From: an uncultured Chloroflexia bacterium
GTDB taxonomy: Bacteria > Chloroflexota > Limnocylindria > Limnocylindrales > CSP1-4
Direction of reading: 5' to 3'
NCBI GenBank assembly: GCA_963813335.1
Contig: CAWEYL010000001.1
Location: 64,001 to 128,000 of the forward strand
DNA: 64,000 nt
A program made the position numbers and the translations under genes. The notes under the pieces are model-generated. The model was not told the origin of the DNA, did not search any database, and worked only from the letters and a program-made list of their open reading frames with translations. Of the stretch, positions 41,380-51,098 are shown piece by piece; position 1 is the first letter of the stretch; every line of letters starts with the position of its first letter.

Positions 41380-41434
41380 CGGGCACCTGGCGAGAGCGAG
41401 CTCGGACATGGTGAGCATGGCACCATCTCTCGAG

Positions 41435-42214
41435 ATGAGCGGCAACAATCGCGAGCCCGGCCGGTCCGTCCTGAACAAGGGGTTCGCGATCCTCAGCGCC
41501 CTGCGGACCGCGGAGACCGGCCTGACCAGGCCGCAGCTGGCGCGGCGGACCGGCATGCCGATGACGACCGTGCTGCGCCTCGCGAACGAGTTGCGTGCGG
41601 TCGGCGCGCTCGAGTTGGATGACCACGGCGTCTACCGGCTGGGCGGGTGGCTCTGGGAATTGGGGACCCTCGCCGCGAGCCGCTCGACGCTGCGCGAGAT
41701 CGCGCTGCCGTACATGCAGGACCTCTACGAAGCGACCCACGAGAACGTCCAGCTCGCGGTCCTCGACGGCTTCGACGCGTTGATGGTCGAGCGGATCCGC
41801 GGACCGAAGTCCGTGCCGATCCTGAGCCGGCCGGGTGGCCGCCTCCCGCTCCATGCGACGGGCGTCGGCAAGGTCCTGCTCGCCTACGCGGAGCCGGCGT
41901 TCATCGACGAGCTGATCGCACGCGGCCTGTCCCGGATGACGCCCTTCACGATCACCGACGGCGCCGTGCTGCGGCGAGGGCTGGCGGAGGTCCGGGAGCG
42001 CGGCTACTCGGTGACGAAGGACGAGATGACGCTCGGGGCCGTCTCGGTCGGCGCGCCGATCTTCGGGCCTGAGGAGGGCGTCGCCGGGGCGGTCTCGATC
42101 GTCGTGGCGACCCGTGGCGCCGACCCGCCCACCCTGGCGCCGGCGGTCCGCGCCGTCGCAAGCGGCTTGAGCCGGCGGGTCGGCGAGATCTGGGACTCGG
42201 GGGTCCGGTCCTGA
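41435..42214 (+). CDS. IclR-family regulator (probable regulator of the aromatic cluster)
   Basis: N-terminal wHTH; LPLHATGVGKVLLA IclR signature. Confidence 0.9.
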   Translation: MSGNNREPGRSVLNKGFAILSALRTAETGLTRPQLARRTGMPMTTVLRLANELRAVGALELDDHGVYRLGGWLWELGTLAASRSTLREIALPYMQDLYEATHENVQLAVLDGFDALMVERIRGPKSVPILSRPGGRLPLHATGVGKVLLAYAEPAFIDELIARGLSRMTPFTITDGAVLRRGLAEVRERGYSVTKDEMTLGAVSVGAPIFGPEEGVAGAVSIVVATRGADPPTLAPAVRAVASGLSRRVGEIWDSGVRS

Positions 42215-42249
42215 CGATGGACGGTCCCGACCGGCGCCGGCATCGAGCC

Positions 42250-42301
42250 TGTCCGACCAGTGGACAGTAGGCTTGTCACGCTTCGGGCGGACACGTACGG
42301 T
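42250..42301 (+). promoter_or_regulatory. IclR/PobR-type box and promoter of pcaH-pobA
   Basis: TGTCCGACCAGTGGACA (42250-42266), 6-bp gap, then TTGTCA-17 bp-TACGGT. Confidence 0.7.
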
Positions 42302-42331
42302 CTGACCTTGGGCGCATCCGCCGAGCCCGCG

Positions 42332-43096
42332 ATGCCCGGCCCCATGCTCCCGTCGGGAGAGCCACCGAACGTGCGCAGCGAAGCCATCCGCGAGATCGCG
42401 CTCGAGGGTCGGGCGGCGGTCGATCCGCCGTTGCTCTATCCGGACTACGTCGCCAGCCGCCTCCGGGCACCGGAGCGGACGTTCGGGCTGCTCCCTCGCG
42501 GCCTCACCGAGCGGACCGGGCCGGTCTTCGACGACAGTCGGATCATGGGCGCGGACGCCGACCTGACCCGCCAGCACGCCGGCGCTCCGCTCGGCGAGCG
42601 GATCATCGTCACGGGTCGCGTCACCGATTCCGGTGGTCGCCCTGTGCGTGCCACGCTCATCGAGGCCTGGCAGGCCAACGCGGCGGGCAGGTACGCGCAT
42701 GAGCTGGACGACCATCCGGCCCCCCTCGACCCGAACTTCACCGGGATCGGACGGTGCCTGACCGACGACGATGGCGGCTTCCGCTTCGTCTCCATCAAGC
42801 CAGGCGCGTACCCGTGGCGGAACCATCCGAACGCGTGGCGGCCCGCCCACATCCACTTCTCCCTCTTCGGCCATGCCTTCGAGCAGCGGCTGGTCACCCA
42901 GATGTACTTCCCAGGTGACCCGCTGCTGCCGCTCGACCCCATCTACAACTCGGTTCCCGACGCCGCGGCGCGCGAGCGGCTGATCGCCGGGTTCGACCTC
43001 AGCCGGACCATCCCCGAGTGGGCGCTGGCGTATCGCTTCGACATCGTCCTGCGCGGATCGGCCGCGACGCCGTTCGAGTCAGACGACGACGACTGA
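42332..43096 (+). CDS. pcaH: Protocatechuate 3,4-dioxygenase beta subunit (start uncertain)
   Basis: WQANAAGRYAH, DPNFTG, KPGAYPWRNHPNAWRPAHIHFS and TQMYF motifs. Confidence 0.93.
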   Translation: MPGPMLPSGEPPNVRSEAIREIALEGRAAVDPPLLYPDYVASRLRAPERTFGLLPRGLTERTGPVFDDSRIMGADADLTRQHAGAPLGERIIVTGRVTDSGGRPVRATLIEAWQANAAGRYAHELDDHPAPLDPNFTGIGRCLTDDDGGFRFVSIKPGAYPWRNHPNAWRPAHIHFSLFGHAFEQRLVTQMYFPGDPLLPLDPIYNSVPDAAARERLIAGFDLSRTIPEWALAYRFDIVLRGSAATPFESDDDD

Positions 43097-43109
43097 CGAG
43101 GCGGCCTGA

Positions 43110-44291
43110 ATGCGGACCCGGACCCAGGTGGGGATCGTCGGCGCCGGGCCTGCCGGCCTGTTCCTGGCGCATCTGCTCCATCGGGCGGGCATCGAGTCCG
43201 TCCTGATCGAGAACCGCTCGCGCGAGTACGTCGAGCACCGGCTGCGGGCCGGCGTCCTGGAGCAGGGCACGGTCGATCTCATGCGCGAGACGGGCGTCGC
43301 CGACCGGATGGACCGCGAGGGCCTCGTCCATCACGGGATCGAGATCCGGTTCGACGGTCGCGGCCACCGGATCCCCCTGACGGACCTCGCCGACGGCCGC
43401 TCGATCACGATCTACGGCCAGCAGGAAGTGGTGAAGGACCTGATCGCGGCACGGCTGGCCGCCGGCGCCGACCTGCGCTTCGAGGTCGAGGACGTGCACC
43501 TCGACGGCATCGACACCGACCATCCGTCCATCCGCTTCCGCCACGGTGGGTCCGAGGACGTCATCGACTGCGACGTCATCGCGGGTTGCGACGGGTTCCA
43601 CGGCGTCAGCCGCGAGGCGATCCCGGCCGGCGTCCTGACCGAGTACCACTACGAGTTCCCGTTCGCGTGGCTCGGCATCCTCGCCTCGGTCGCACCCTCG
43701 ACCGTGGAACTGATCTACGCGCGGCACGACCTTGGGTTCGCGCTCCACAGCCTGCGCTCACCGTCGCTCAGCCGGCTCTACATCCAGGTGGACCCGACCG
43801 CGGAACTCGAGGACTGGCCCGACGACCGGGTGTGGGAGCAGCTCCGCCTCCGCCTCGCGACCGACGACGGCTGGACGCTGCACGACGGTCCGGTCATCGA
43901 GAAGAACATCGCGCTGATGCGCAGCTTCGTGGTGGAGCCGATGCAGTACGAGCGGCTCTTCCTGGCCGGAGACGCGGCGCACATCGTCCCCGCGACCGGG
44001 GCGAAGGGCCTCAACCTGGCGGTCGCCGATGTCTACGTCCTCGCCCGGGCCCTCGACGCCTGGTATCGGACAGGGTCGCGCGAGGCGCTCGACCGATACT
44101 CGGACACGTGCCTCGGCCGGGTCTGGCGGGCGCAGGAGTTCTCCAACTCGATGAGCTCGATGCTGCACCGCTATCCGGGCGACGACCCGTTCCGCGACCG
44201 GCTGCAACGGGCGCGCCTCGACGCCGTCACCTCGACCGAGGCCGCCGCGCGGGCGCTCGCGGTCAACTACGTCGGACTACCGCTCCCCTGA
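43110..44291 (+). CDS. pobA: 4-hydroxybenzoate 3-monooxygenase
   Basis: RAGVLE, YGQQEV, GCDGFHG and GDAAHIVPATGAKGLN motifs; ends NYVGLP. Confidence 0.95.
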   Translation: MRTRTQVGIVGAGPAGLFLAHLLHRAGIESVLIENRSREYVEHRLRAGVLEQGTVDLMRETGVADRMDREGLVHHGIEIRFDGRGHRIPLTDLADGRSITIYGQQEVVKDLIAARLAAGADLRFEVEDVHLDGIDTDHPSIRFRHGGSEDVIDCDVIAGCDGFHGVSREAIPAGVLTEYHYEFPFAWLGILASVAPSTVELIYARHDLGFALHSLRSPSLSRLYIQVDPTAELEDWPDDRVWEQLRLRLATDDGWTLHDGPVIEKNIALMRSFVVEPMQYERLFLAGDAAHIVPATGAKGLNLAVADVYVLARALDAWYRTGSREALDRYSDTCLGRVWRAQEFSNSMSSMLHRYPGDDPFRDRLQRARLDAVTSTEAAARALAVNYVGLPLP

Positions 44292-44690
44292 GCCCTCGAC
44301 GGTGGCGCCGTCGATCTCGTCGAGCGCCGCCTGGGCGATCTTGAATGCGGCGTTCCCGGCCGGGACGCCGGCATAGACGGTCGTGTGGAGCAGGATCTCG
44401 GAGATCTCCTCCCGCGTCACGCCGTTCCCGATCGCGGCGCGGACGTGCATGGCGATCTCGCCTTCGGCCCGGAGCGCGGTCAGGATCGCCAGCGTGATGC
44501 ACGACCGCGTGCGGCGGTCGAGCCCCGGGCGGCCCCACACATCGGCCCAGGCGGTCCGCGTGATGAAGGCCTGGAACGGCTCGGTCAGCGGCGTCGTCGC
44601 GGCGACCGCTCGGTCGACATGCGCGTCGCCGAGGACCTCGCGGCGGATCCGCATACCGTCGCGGAGGCGGTCGTCATCGGTCGTGGACAT
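44277..44690 (-). CDS. pcaC: 4-carboxymuconolactone decarboxylase
   Basis: RREVLGDAHVDR, FITRTAW and YAGVPA motifs. Confidence 0.92.
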   Translation of the reverse strand: MSTTDDDRLRDGMRIRREVLGDAHVDRAVAATTPLTEPFQAFITRTAWADVWGRPGLDRRTRSCITLAILTALRAEGEIAMHVRAAIGNGVTREEISEILLHTTVYAGVPAGNAAFKIAQAALDEIDGATVEGSGER

Positions 44691-45450
44691 CTGCCCTCCC
44701 AAGGTGCTGCAGGATGGCGCCGGTCACCTCGACCGGGCATTCGACATTGGCCAGGTGGGCTGCGCCGTCGATCACCTCGACCCGCGCATCGGGCATGATC
44801 GCCGCCATCTCGCGGGCGGTCTCGGCCGGTGCAGCCGGGTCGTCGGCGCCGGCCAGCAGGAGCGTCGGGGCCGTCACGCGCGGCAGGTCCGGCCCGAGGT
44901 CCATCGCAGCGATAGCCTCGCAGCACGCGGCATAGCCCTCGGCCGACGTGGCCGCGAGCATCTCGACGATGAGCCGGCCGATCTCCGGCGCCCGCTCGGT
45001 GTAGCCCCAGCGCTCCAGGACGAGATCCTCGATCGCCCGGGTCCCGCCGGTGCGGACCGCCCGGGCGCGATCGAGCCATGCCTGCGGCGACGCCGGCTTC
45101 GCCGTGACGCAGGCGGCCACGAGCCGGTCGACCCGGTCGGGGTGGCTGGCGGCGACCTGCAGGCCGACCATCCCGCCGAGGGACAGACCGCAGATCGAGG
45201 CGCGCTCCACCTCCAGGTCGTCGAGGAGGCGGATGACGTCACCGGCAAGGTCGGCCATCGATGCGGGTCCGTCGACGACCGGCGACCCGCCATGGCCGCG
45301 CAGGTCGACCCGGACGGTCCGATGGCCGTGCTCGAGTGCTCCCGCCTGCGGGTCCCACATCGCCAGTGACGTCCCGATGGCGTGCAGCAGGACCACCACC
45401 GGGGCGTCCCCCGGGCCGGCGACCTGGTGGTGCAGCTCGACGGTGGCCAT
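44674..45450 (-). CDS. pcaD: 3-oxoadipate enol-lactonase
   Basis: MWDPQ, DLRGHG, GLSLGG nucleophile elbow, GYAACC and AAHLANVE motifs. Confidence 0.9.
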   Translation of the reverse strand: MATVELHHQVAGPGDAPVVVLLHAIGTSLAMWDPQAGALEHGHRTVRVDLRGHGGSPVVDGPASMADLAGDVIRLLDDLEVERASICGLSLGGMVGLQVAASHPDRVDRLVAACVTAKPASPQAWLDRARAVRTGGTRAIEDLVLERWGYTERAPEIGRLIVEMLAATSAEGYAACCEAIAAMDLGPDLPRVTAPTLLLAGADDPAAPAETAREMAAIMPDARVEVIDGAAHLANVECPVEVTGAILQHLGRADVHDR

Positions 45451-46586
45451 CAGCCGGGCGGCCCGTCGCCATGCGCCCGCAGGGCAGCGTCGACGAGCGC
45501 CGCCGCCTCGCCGAGATCTGGCGCTGCGTCCGCGCCCAGGTTCCTGCGCATCGCCTCGGGTCGGACCTCGAGGTGCTCCAGGCAGTCGCGCAGCCATGCC
45601 GCGGCCGAGCCGACGGTGAGGAGCGATTCCCGGACCGGTACCCATTCCGCCTGCCAGGCACCGGCAGCCCGCTCATGCTCCTGGGGCATCGCGGCGAGCA
45701 GGGTCGAGACGAGTCCGGGCACGCGCATCGCGGCGCTCGAGGCCGCCACCGCCGCGACCGGGTTGCGCTTGTGCGGCATCGCGGACGAGCCTCCGCGCCC
45801 GGCGACGCCTTCGGCCACCTCGCCGACCTCGGTCTGGGCGAGGAGGATGACATCCCTGGCCGGCTTGCCGATGGCGCCCGCGGCCAGTCCGAGCGCTCCG
45901 GCCAGGGCACCGATCCGGGTACGGTCGGTATGCCACGGAAGGACCGGCGTCCGCAAGCCGAGCTCGCCAGCAAGGGCCGACACCAGCCGACGCCCCGTCC
46001 CCTCGAACCCGGCAAGCGTGCCGGCCGCCCCACCCAGCTGCACGGCGAGGCCATCCGCCCCGACCGTCTCGAGCGCGACGATCGCCCGGTCCAGGCCGCT
46101 CATCCAGCCGGCGGCCTTCAGTCCGAACGTCGTCGGGACCGCTCGTTGGAGCAGCGTCCGTCCGGCGATCGGCGTCGAGCGGTGGGCGCGGGCCAGCCCG
46201 GCTGCCGCATCGGATGCGCCTCGCAGATCGGCGACGATGACCGGCAGCGCCCGGGCGACGACCAGCATGGAGGCCGTGTCGACGATGTCCTGGCTCGTCG
46301 CGCCCCGGTGGACCGACGGCGCGACGGCGTCGCCCACCGCTGCGCGGAGCCGACCGACGAGGGGCACCACCGGCGTCCCGGTCGCCCATGTCTCGGCGGC
46401 GATCTCGTCGACATCGATCTCGAGGCGTCGAGCGGCATCCTCGATGGCGGCCGCGTCCGATGCCGGGACGATCCCGAGCGACGCGCTCGTGCGCGCGAGC
46501 GCGATCTCGACATCCACCATGGCCGCGAGCCAGGCCGCGTCGCCGACCAGTCCGCGGACGCCGCCTCGACCGAGCAGGTCGGTCAC
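45450..46586 (-). CDS. pcaB: 3-carboxy-cis,cis-muconate cycloisomerase (short form)
   Basis: HRGATSQD, GRTLLQ, QLGGAAGT, SSAMPHKRNP and HERAAGAWQAEW motifs; GTG start inferred. Confidence 0.88.
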   Translation of the reverse strand: MTDLLGRGGVRGLVGDAAWLAAMVDVEIALARTSASLGIVPASDAAAIEDAARRLEIDVDEIAAETWATGTPVVPLVGRLRAAVGDAVAPSVHRGATSQDIVDTASMLVVARALPVIVADLRGASDAAAGLARAHRSTPIAGRTLLQRAVPTTFGLKAAGWMSGLDRAIVALETVGADGLAVQLGGAAGTLAGFEGTGRRLVSALAGELGLRTPVLPWHTDRTRIGALAGALGLAAGAIGKPARDVILLAQTEVGEVAEGVAGRGGSSAMPHKRNPVAAVAASSAAMRVPGLVSTLLAAMPQEHERAAGAWQAEWVPVRESLLTVGSAAAWLRDCLEHLEVRPEAMRRNLGADAAPDLGEAAALVDAALRAHGDGPPG

Positions 46587-46599
46587 CGGATCGGCGCTG

Positions 46600-47157
46600 T
46601 CAGAGCTCGAAGAAGGCCGTCGCACCATCGCCCTGGAGGCGGATGTCGAAGGTGTATCCGTCATCGGTCCGCCTGGCGAGCATCGTGGCCTGGGAGGGGG
46701 AGGAGACCGACGATAACACCGGGTCGAGGGCGTTCGACGGGTGGTCCGGAAAGTAGATCCGGGTGACGACCTGCTTGAGCAGGCCACGGGCGAAGACCGC
46801 CACGTCGATGTGCGGGGCCTGGACCGCCTCGTCCGTCCCCGCAACGGCCCCGGGCATCACCGTCAGCACGCCGAACCGTCCGTCCTCGTCGGTGGGGCAG
46901 CGGCCGAAACCGCGAAACCCCGCCATGCCGCCGGGGCTCGCTTGAGGGAACCGTCCGTCCGGATCGGCCTGCCACGTCTCGACCAGGGCGTCGGGGACGG
47001 GTTCGCCGGCGCCGTCGGTGACCCGGCCACGGATCCAGAACGACCCGTCGGTGCCGTCAGGGACGACGAGCGGCCCGTCCGCCCACGGCAACGCGATCCC
47101 GAAGTACGGTCCGACCGTTTGCGATGCGGTGGGGAGGAGGAGCGGGTCCGGTTCCAC
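46600..47157 (-). CDS. pcaG: Protocatechuate 3,4-dioxygenase alpha subunit
   Basis: TASQTVGPY, ETWQAD, QAPHI..VFARGLL, TRIYF and FDIRLQG motifs. Confidence 0.93.
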   Translation of the reverse strand: MEPDPLLLPTASQTVGPYFGIALPWADGPLVVPDGTDGSFWIRGRVTDGAGEPVPDALVETWQADPDGRFPQASPGGMAGFRGFGRCPTDEDGRFGVLTVMPGAVAGTDEAVQAPHIDVAVFARGLLKQVVTRIYFPDHPSNALDPVLSSVSSPSQATMLARRTDDGYTFDIRLQGDGATAFFEL

Positions 47158-47163
47158 GTCCGA

Positions 47164-47250
47164 ACCGTATCCGGGAGGCCACGTTCTCACAAGGATGGCG
47201 TCCACTGGATGGACACATGCCTTGCATCGGCCAGACCGCTTCCATACGGT
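47164..47250. promoter_or_regulatory. Divergent promoter pair centred on one IclR-type box
   Basis: Box at 47199-47215; minus strand TTGTGA-17-TACGGT and plus strand TTGCAT-17-TACGGT, each -35 lying 6 bp from the box. Confidence 0.7.
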
Positions 47251-47337
47251 CGTCGCACCATCGTCGATGGGCCGAATGGCACTTGCGCGGACCGCCGATC
47301 GAGGCTTCCGGCGGGTGCTCGAGGAGGAGAAGACCAG

Positions 47338-48739
47338 ATGGCCGAGCACGATTTCGAACAGCGGCCCCCGGCTGTCCCGGAGACGCGTCCTTCAGGCGGC
47401 GGCCATGGGAGGCATCGCGACCGGCCTCGGGGCGTTCCTCGCGGCCTGCGGCATCAAGACGTCGAGCCCCTCCGCCTCCGCCGGCGCAGGTGCGTCGACC
47501 GCGGCGAGCGTGGCCCCGAGCAGTGTCGCGAGTGTCGCGCCGTCCGCCGCTGAAGCGATCCCCTTCAAGATCGGCTTCGTGAGTCCGCAGACCGGCGCCG
47601 TGGCCGGCTTCGGCGAGCCGGATCCGTACATCATCGGCCTGGTGCAGGACAAGCTGAAGGCGGGCTTCTCAGCCGGTGGGAAGAACTACGCGATCACGAT
47701 CGTCCAGAAGGACGGCCAGTCGGATCCCGCGAAGGCCGCCCAGGCCGCCAACGATCTGATCACGAGCGACAAGGTCGACATGATCCTGGCGACGTCGACG
47801 CCGGAGAACAACAACCCTGTGGCGGATGCCGCCGAGGCCGCAGGCGTTCCCTTCATCGGTACGGTCGAGCCATGGGAGGCGTTCTTCTTCGCACGCCAGA
47901 AGGACCCGGCCAAGCCAGTCCCATTCAAGTTCACCTACCTCTTCTGCTTCGGTGTCGCGGAGTTCGCCAAGACCTACATCTCGATGTGGGACGACATCCC
48001 GACCAACAAGAAGGTCGGCGTCATGTGGCCGAACGACGCCGACGGCAACGCGATCCGCGCGGCGCTCGGCCCGGAGCTCGCGAAGGCCGGATATACGATC
48101 GTGGACCCGGGGGCCTACGAGGACGGGACCAACGACTACTCCGCCCAGATCGCCAAGTTCAAGGCCGAGGACTGCCAGATCTTCAACACGTTCCCGATCC
48201 CGCCCGATTTCGCGGCCTTCTGGAAGCAGGCGGCCCAGCAGGGATATGTCCCCAAGATCGCCCAGATCGCCAAGACCGGGTTGTTCCCGTCGCAGATCGA
48301 GGCCCTCGGCGACCTCGGCCCGGGTCTTGCGAGCGCCGCCTACTGGACGCCCACGTTCCCGTACTCCTCGACGCTGCTTGGCACGTCGTCGGCCGATCTC
48401 GGGAGCGGTTACACGGCGGCCACGGGCCGGCAATGGAACCAGGACCTTGGCACGACCACCGCGTTGTTCGATGCCGCGACCAGTGCGATCGCCGGCGCGA
48501 CCGACCCGAAGGACAAGGTCGCCCTCGCGGCCGCGATCGGCAAGCTCAACATCACCTCGACGATCGGCAAGATCGACTTCACGTCCGGGCCGTTCCCGAA
48601 CGTCTCGCCGTCGCCGATCATCGGCGGCCAGTGGATCGTCGATCCAACCGGGAAGTTCAAGGTCGACTTCAGCATCGTCGAGAACGCGACGGACCCGAAT
48701 GTCCCGATCGCAGGGAAGCTCACCCCGTATCGCGCCTAG
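47338..48739 (+). CDS. Tat-signal lipoprotein, LivK-type ABC substrate-binding protein (frameshift near 47365)
   Basis: GAGGAGG RBS and ATG at 47338; SRRRVLQ...FLAAC in the next frame after a C-run; KIGFVSPQTG. Confidence 0.82.
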
Positions 48740-48760
48740 ATCCCCTCGGGCCGAGCTAGG

Positions 48761-49507
48761 TTGACCAACCAGCCTCCGTCGGACGCGGAGCCGCTCCTCG
48801 CGGGCCGCTCGATCAACAAGCGGTTCGGGCGGTTCCTCGTCCTCGACGCGGTCGAGTTCTCGGTGGCGGCTGGTCAGTCGGTCGGCATCGTCGGACCGAA
48901 CGGGGCGGGCAAGACGACCTTGCTCGACGTCCTTGCCGGGGCGCAGGCGCCGACCGACGGCACCGTCGAGTTCCGCGGCAGCGACGTCACCCAGATGGGT
49001 GCCGCGGAGCGCTGCCGCATGGGGATCGGTCGGACGCATCAGGTCCCGCGGCCGTTCACCGGGATGACGGTCTTCGAGAACGTCTACGTCGGTGCGACCG
49101 CCGGTGGGGGCCTGCGCGCGTCGGCTGCCGACGAGCGCTGCCTCATGGTCCTCGACCAGGCCGGACTGCTGCCGCTGGCCAACCGTCGCGCGATGTCGCT
49201 CGGACTCCTCCATCGCAAACGGCTGGAGCTGGCGCGTGCCCTGGCGGCGAAGCCTGACGTTCTCCTGCTGGACGAGATCGGCGGTGGCCTCACCGATGCC
49301 GAAGCCGACGAACTCCTCGTGACCATCCAGGGACTCCGGGATTCCGGGATCACGATCGTCTGGATCGAACACATCGTCCACGTCCTGGTCAGGGCGATCG
49401 ACCGGCTGGTCTGCATGGACGCCGGCAAGGTCATCGCCGATGGCGCTCCGGCCGATGTGCTCCAGGACGCCAGGGTCATCGACGCCTACCTGGGGCGGCG
49501 CGCGTGA
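48761..49507 (+). CDS. ABC ATPase (LivG-like)
   Basis: GPNGAGKT, LLDE and IEH motifs; ends AYLG. Confidence 0.9.
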   Translation: MTNQPPSDAEPLLAGRSINKRFGRFLVLDAVEFSVAAGQSVGIVGPNGAGKTTLLDVLAGAQAPTDGTVEFRGSDVTQMGAAERCRMGIGRTHQVPRPFTGMTVFENVYVGATAGGGLRASAADERCLMVLDQAGLLPLANRRAMSLGLLHRKRLELARALAAKPDVLLLDEIGGGLTDAEADELLVTIQGLRDSGITIVWIEHIVHVLVRAIDRLVCMDAGKVIADGAPADVLQDARVIDAYLGRRA

Positions 49508-50229
49508 CGCTCCTCGACGTCGAGTCCATCGTTGCCAGGCACGGTGCGCTCACCGCCGTTCGCGATGTGTCGATCTCGATCGACAAGGGAGCGACGGTCG
49601 CGCTGGTCGGTGCCAACGGCGCGGGCAAGACCACGCTCTTGCGGGTGATCGCCGGAGCCCATCCAGCTGCCGAGGGTCGCGTGCTGTTGGACGGGGTCGA
49701 CGTCACCAGGTTGCGCGCCCACGAGCGCGTCAAGCTCGGCATCGCCCTCGTGCCTGAAGGACGCCGGTTGTTCGCGGACCTGACCGTCGAGGAGAACCTC
49801 TCGGCTGCGCGCGGCAAAGGGCTGCCCGGACCGTGGACCGTCGACACCGTCTTCGACGCATTCCCGATGCTGCGACTGCTGGCCAAGCGACGGGCATCCT
49901 CATTGTCCGGCGGGGAGCAACAGGCCACGGCCATCGGGCGCGCGCTCATGTGCAACCCGAAGGTCCTGCTCCTCGACGAGGTGTCGCTGGGTCTGTCCCC
50001 GATCGCGGTCGACGGTGTCTATCGCAGCCTGCAGGTGCTGATGGCGGACGGCGGCTCGACCGTCCTGCTCGTCGAGCAGGACCTCCGGCGGGCGATGGCC
50101 GTGGCGGGGCAGATCAACTGCATGCTCGAGGGCAGGATCGTCCTGGCGGGCGCGGCCGACTCGCTGACGAGGGACGAGATCACGGCGGCCTACTTCGGTC
50201 TCGAACGGACGACGGCGAGGCCATCGTGA
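49504..50229 (+). CDS. ABC ATPase (LivF-like)
   Basis: GANGAGKT, VPEGRRLF and LSGGEQQ motifs. Confidence 0.9.
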   Translation: MTLLDVESIVARHGALTAVRDVSISIDKGATVALVGANGAGKTTLLRVIAGAHPAAEGRVLLDGVDVTRLRAHERVKLGIALVPEGRRLFADLTVEENLSAARGKGLPGPWTVDTVFDAFPMLRLLAKRRASSLSGGEQQATAIGRALMCNPKVLLLDEVSLGLSPIAVDGVYRSLQVLMADGGSTVLLVEQDLRRAMAVAGQINCMLEGRIVLAGAADSLTRDEITAAYFGLERTTARPS

Positions 50230-51098
50230 TCTGGGTCAATGCGATCATCGCGGGCGTCCTCCTGGGCGGCTTGTACGCCCTGTTCGCCTGCGGCTTGTCG
50301 CTGATGTACGGGGTGATGCGGATCATCAACCTCGCTCATGGTGACCTGGCCGTCATGGGCGCCTACCTGGTCCTTGTCCTGGCCACGTTCCTCGGCGTTT
50401 CGCCACTCCTGGTCCTGCCGGTCGCCGTGGTGGTCATGGCGATCCTCGGGTACGTGCTGCAGCGCACCCTGCTCGAGCGCAGCCTGAGGGCTGGTCCGCT
50501 CGTGCCCCTCCTCACCACGTTCGGGCTGGCGATCGTCATCCAGAACCTCCTGCTCGAGGTCTTCACCGCCGACTCGCGCTCCATCGACGGCGGCGCCTTG
50601 ACGACAGCGAGCATCAAGGTCAGCGACCAGCTCTCGATCCCGGTCCTGGGGATCGTCATCTTCGCCCTGGCGGTGGGGTTGCTCGGCGGGCTCCAGCTGT
50701 TCCTCGGCCGGACCGACCTCGGGCGCTCGATGCGCGCCACGGCCCAGGATCCCGACACCGCCGAGCTGATCGGGATCGACTCCCGGCACATGTACGGGCT
50801 GGCGACCGCGATCGCCGTCGGCACCGTGACGATCGCCGGCACCTTCTTCGGGATGCGCGCGAGCTTCTCGCCGCTGACCGGCCCGACGCAGCTCATCTTC
50901 GCCTTCGAGGCCGTGGTCATCGGCGGGATCGGGTCGTTGTGGGGAACGCTCGTCGGCGGCGTCGTCCTCGGCGTGGCGCAGACGATCGGGGCGCAGATCA
51001 ATCCGCAGTATCCGGTCCTCTTCGGCAATCTCGTGTTCCTTGCCGTGCTGATCGCCCGGAGCAGCCGCCGCATCGGCGGCCTGATCCAGCGGACATGA
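50226..51098 (+). CDS. ABC permease (LivH-like)
   Basis: INLAHG, GRSMRA and VIGGIGS motifs. Confidence 0.9.
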   Translation: MIWVNAIIAGVLLGGLYALFACGLSLMYGVMRIINLAHGDLAVMGAYLVLVLATFLGVSPLLVLPVAVVVMAILGYVLQRTLLERSLRAGPLVPLLTTFGLAIVIQNLLLEVFTADSRSIDGGALTTASIKVSDQLSIPVLGIVIFALAVGLLGGLQLFLGRTDLGRSMRATAQDPDTAELIGIDSRHMYGLATAIAVGTVTIAGTFFGMRASFSPLTGPTQLIFAFEAVVIGGIGSLWGTLVGGVVLGVAQTIGAQINPQYPVLFGNLVFLAVLIARSSRRIGGLIQRT

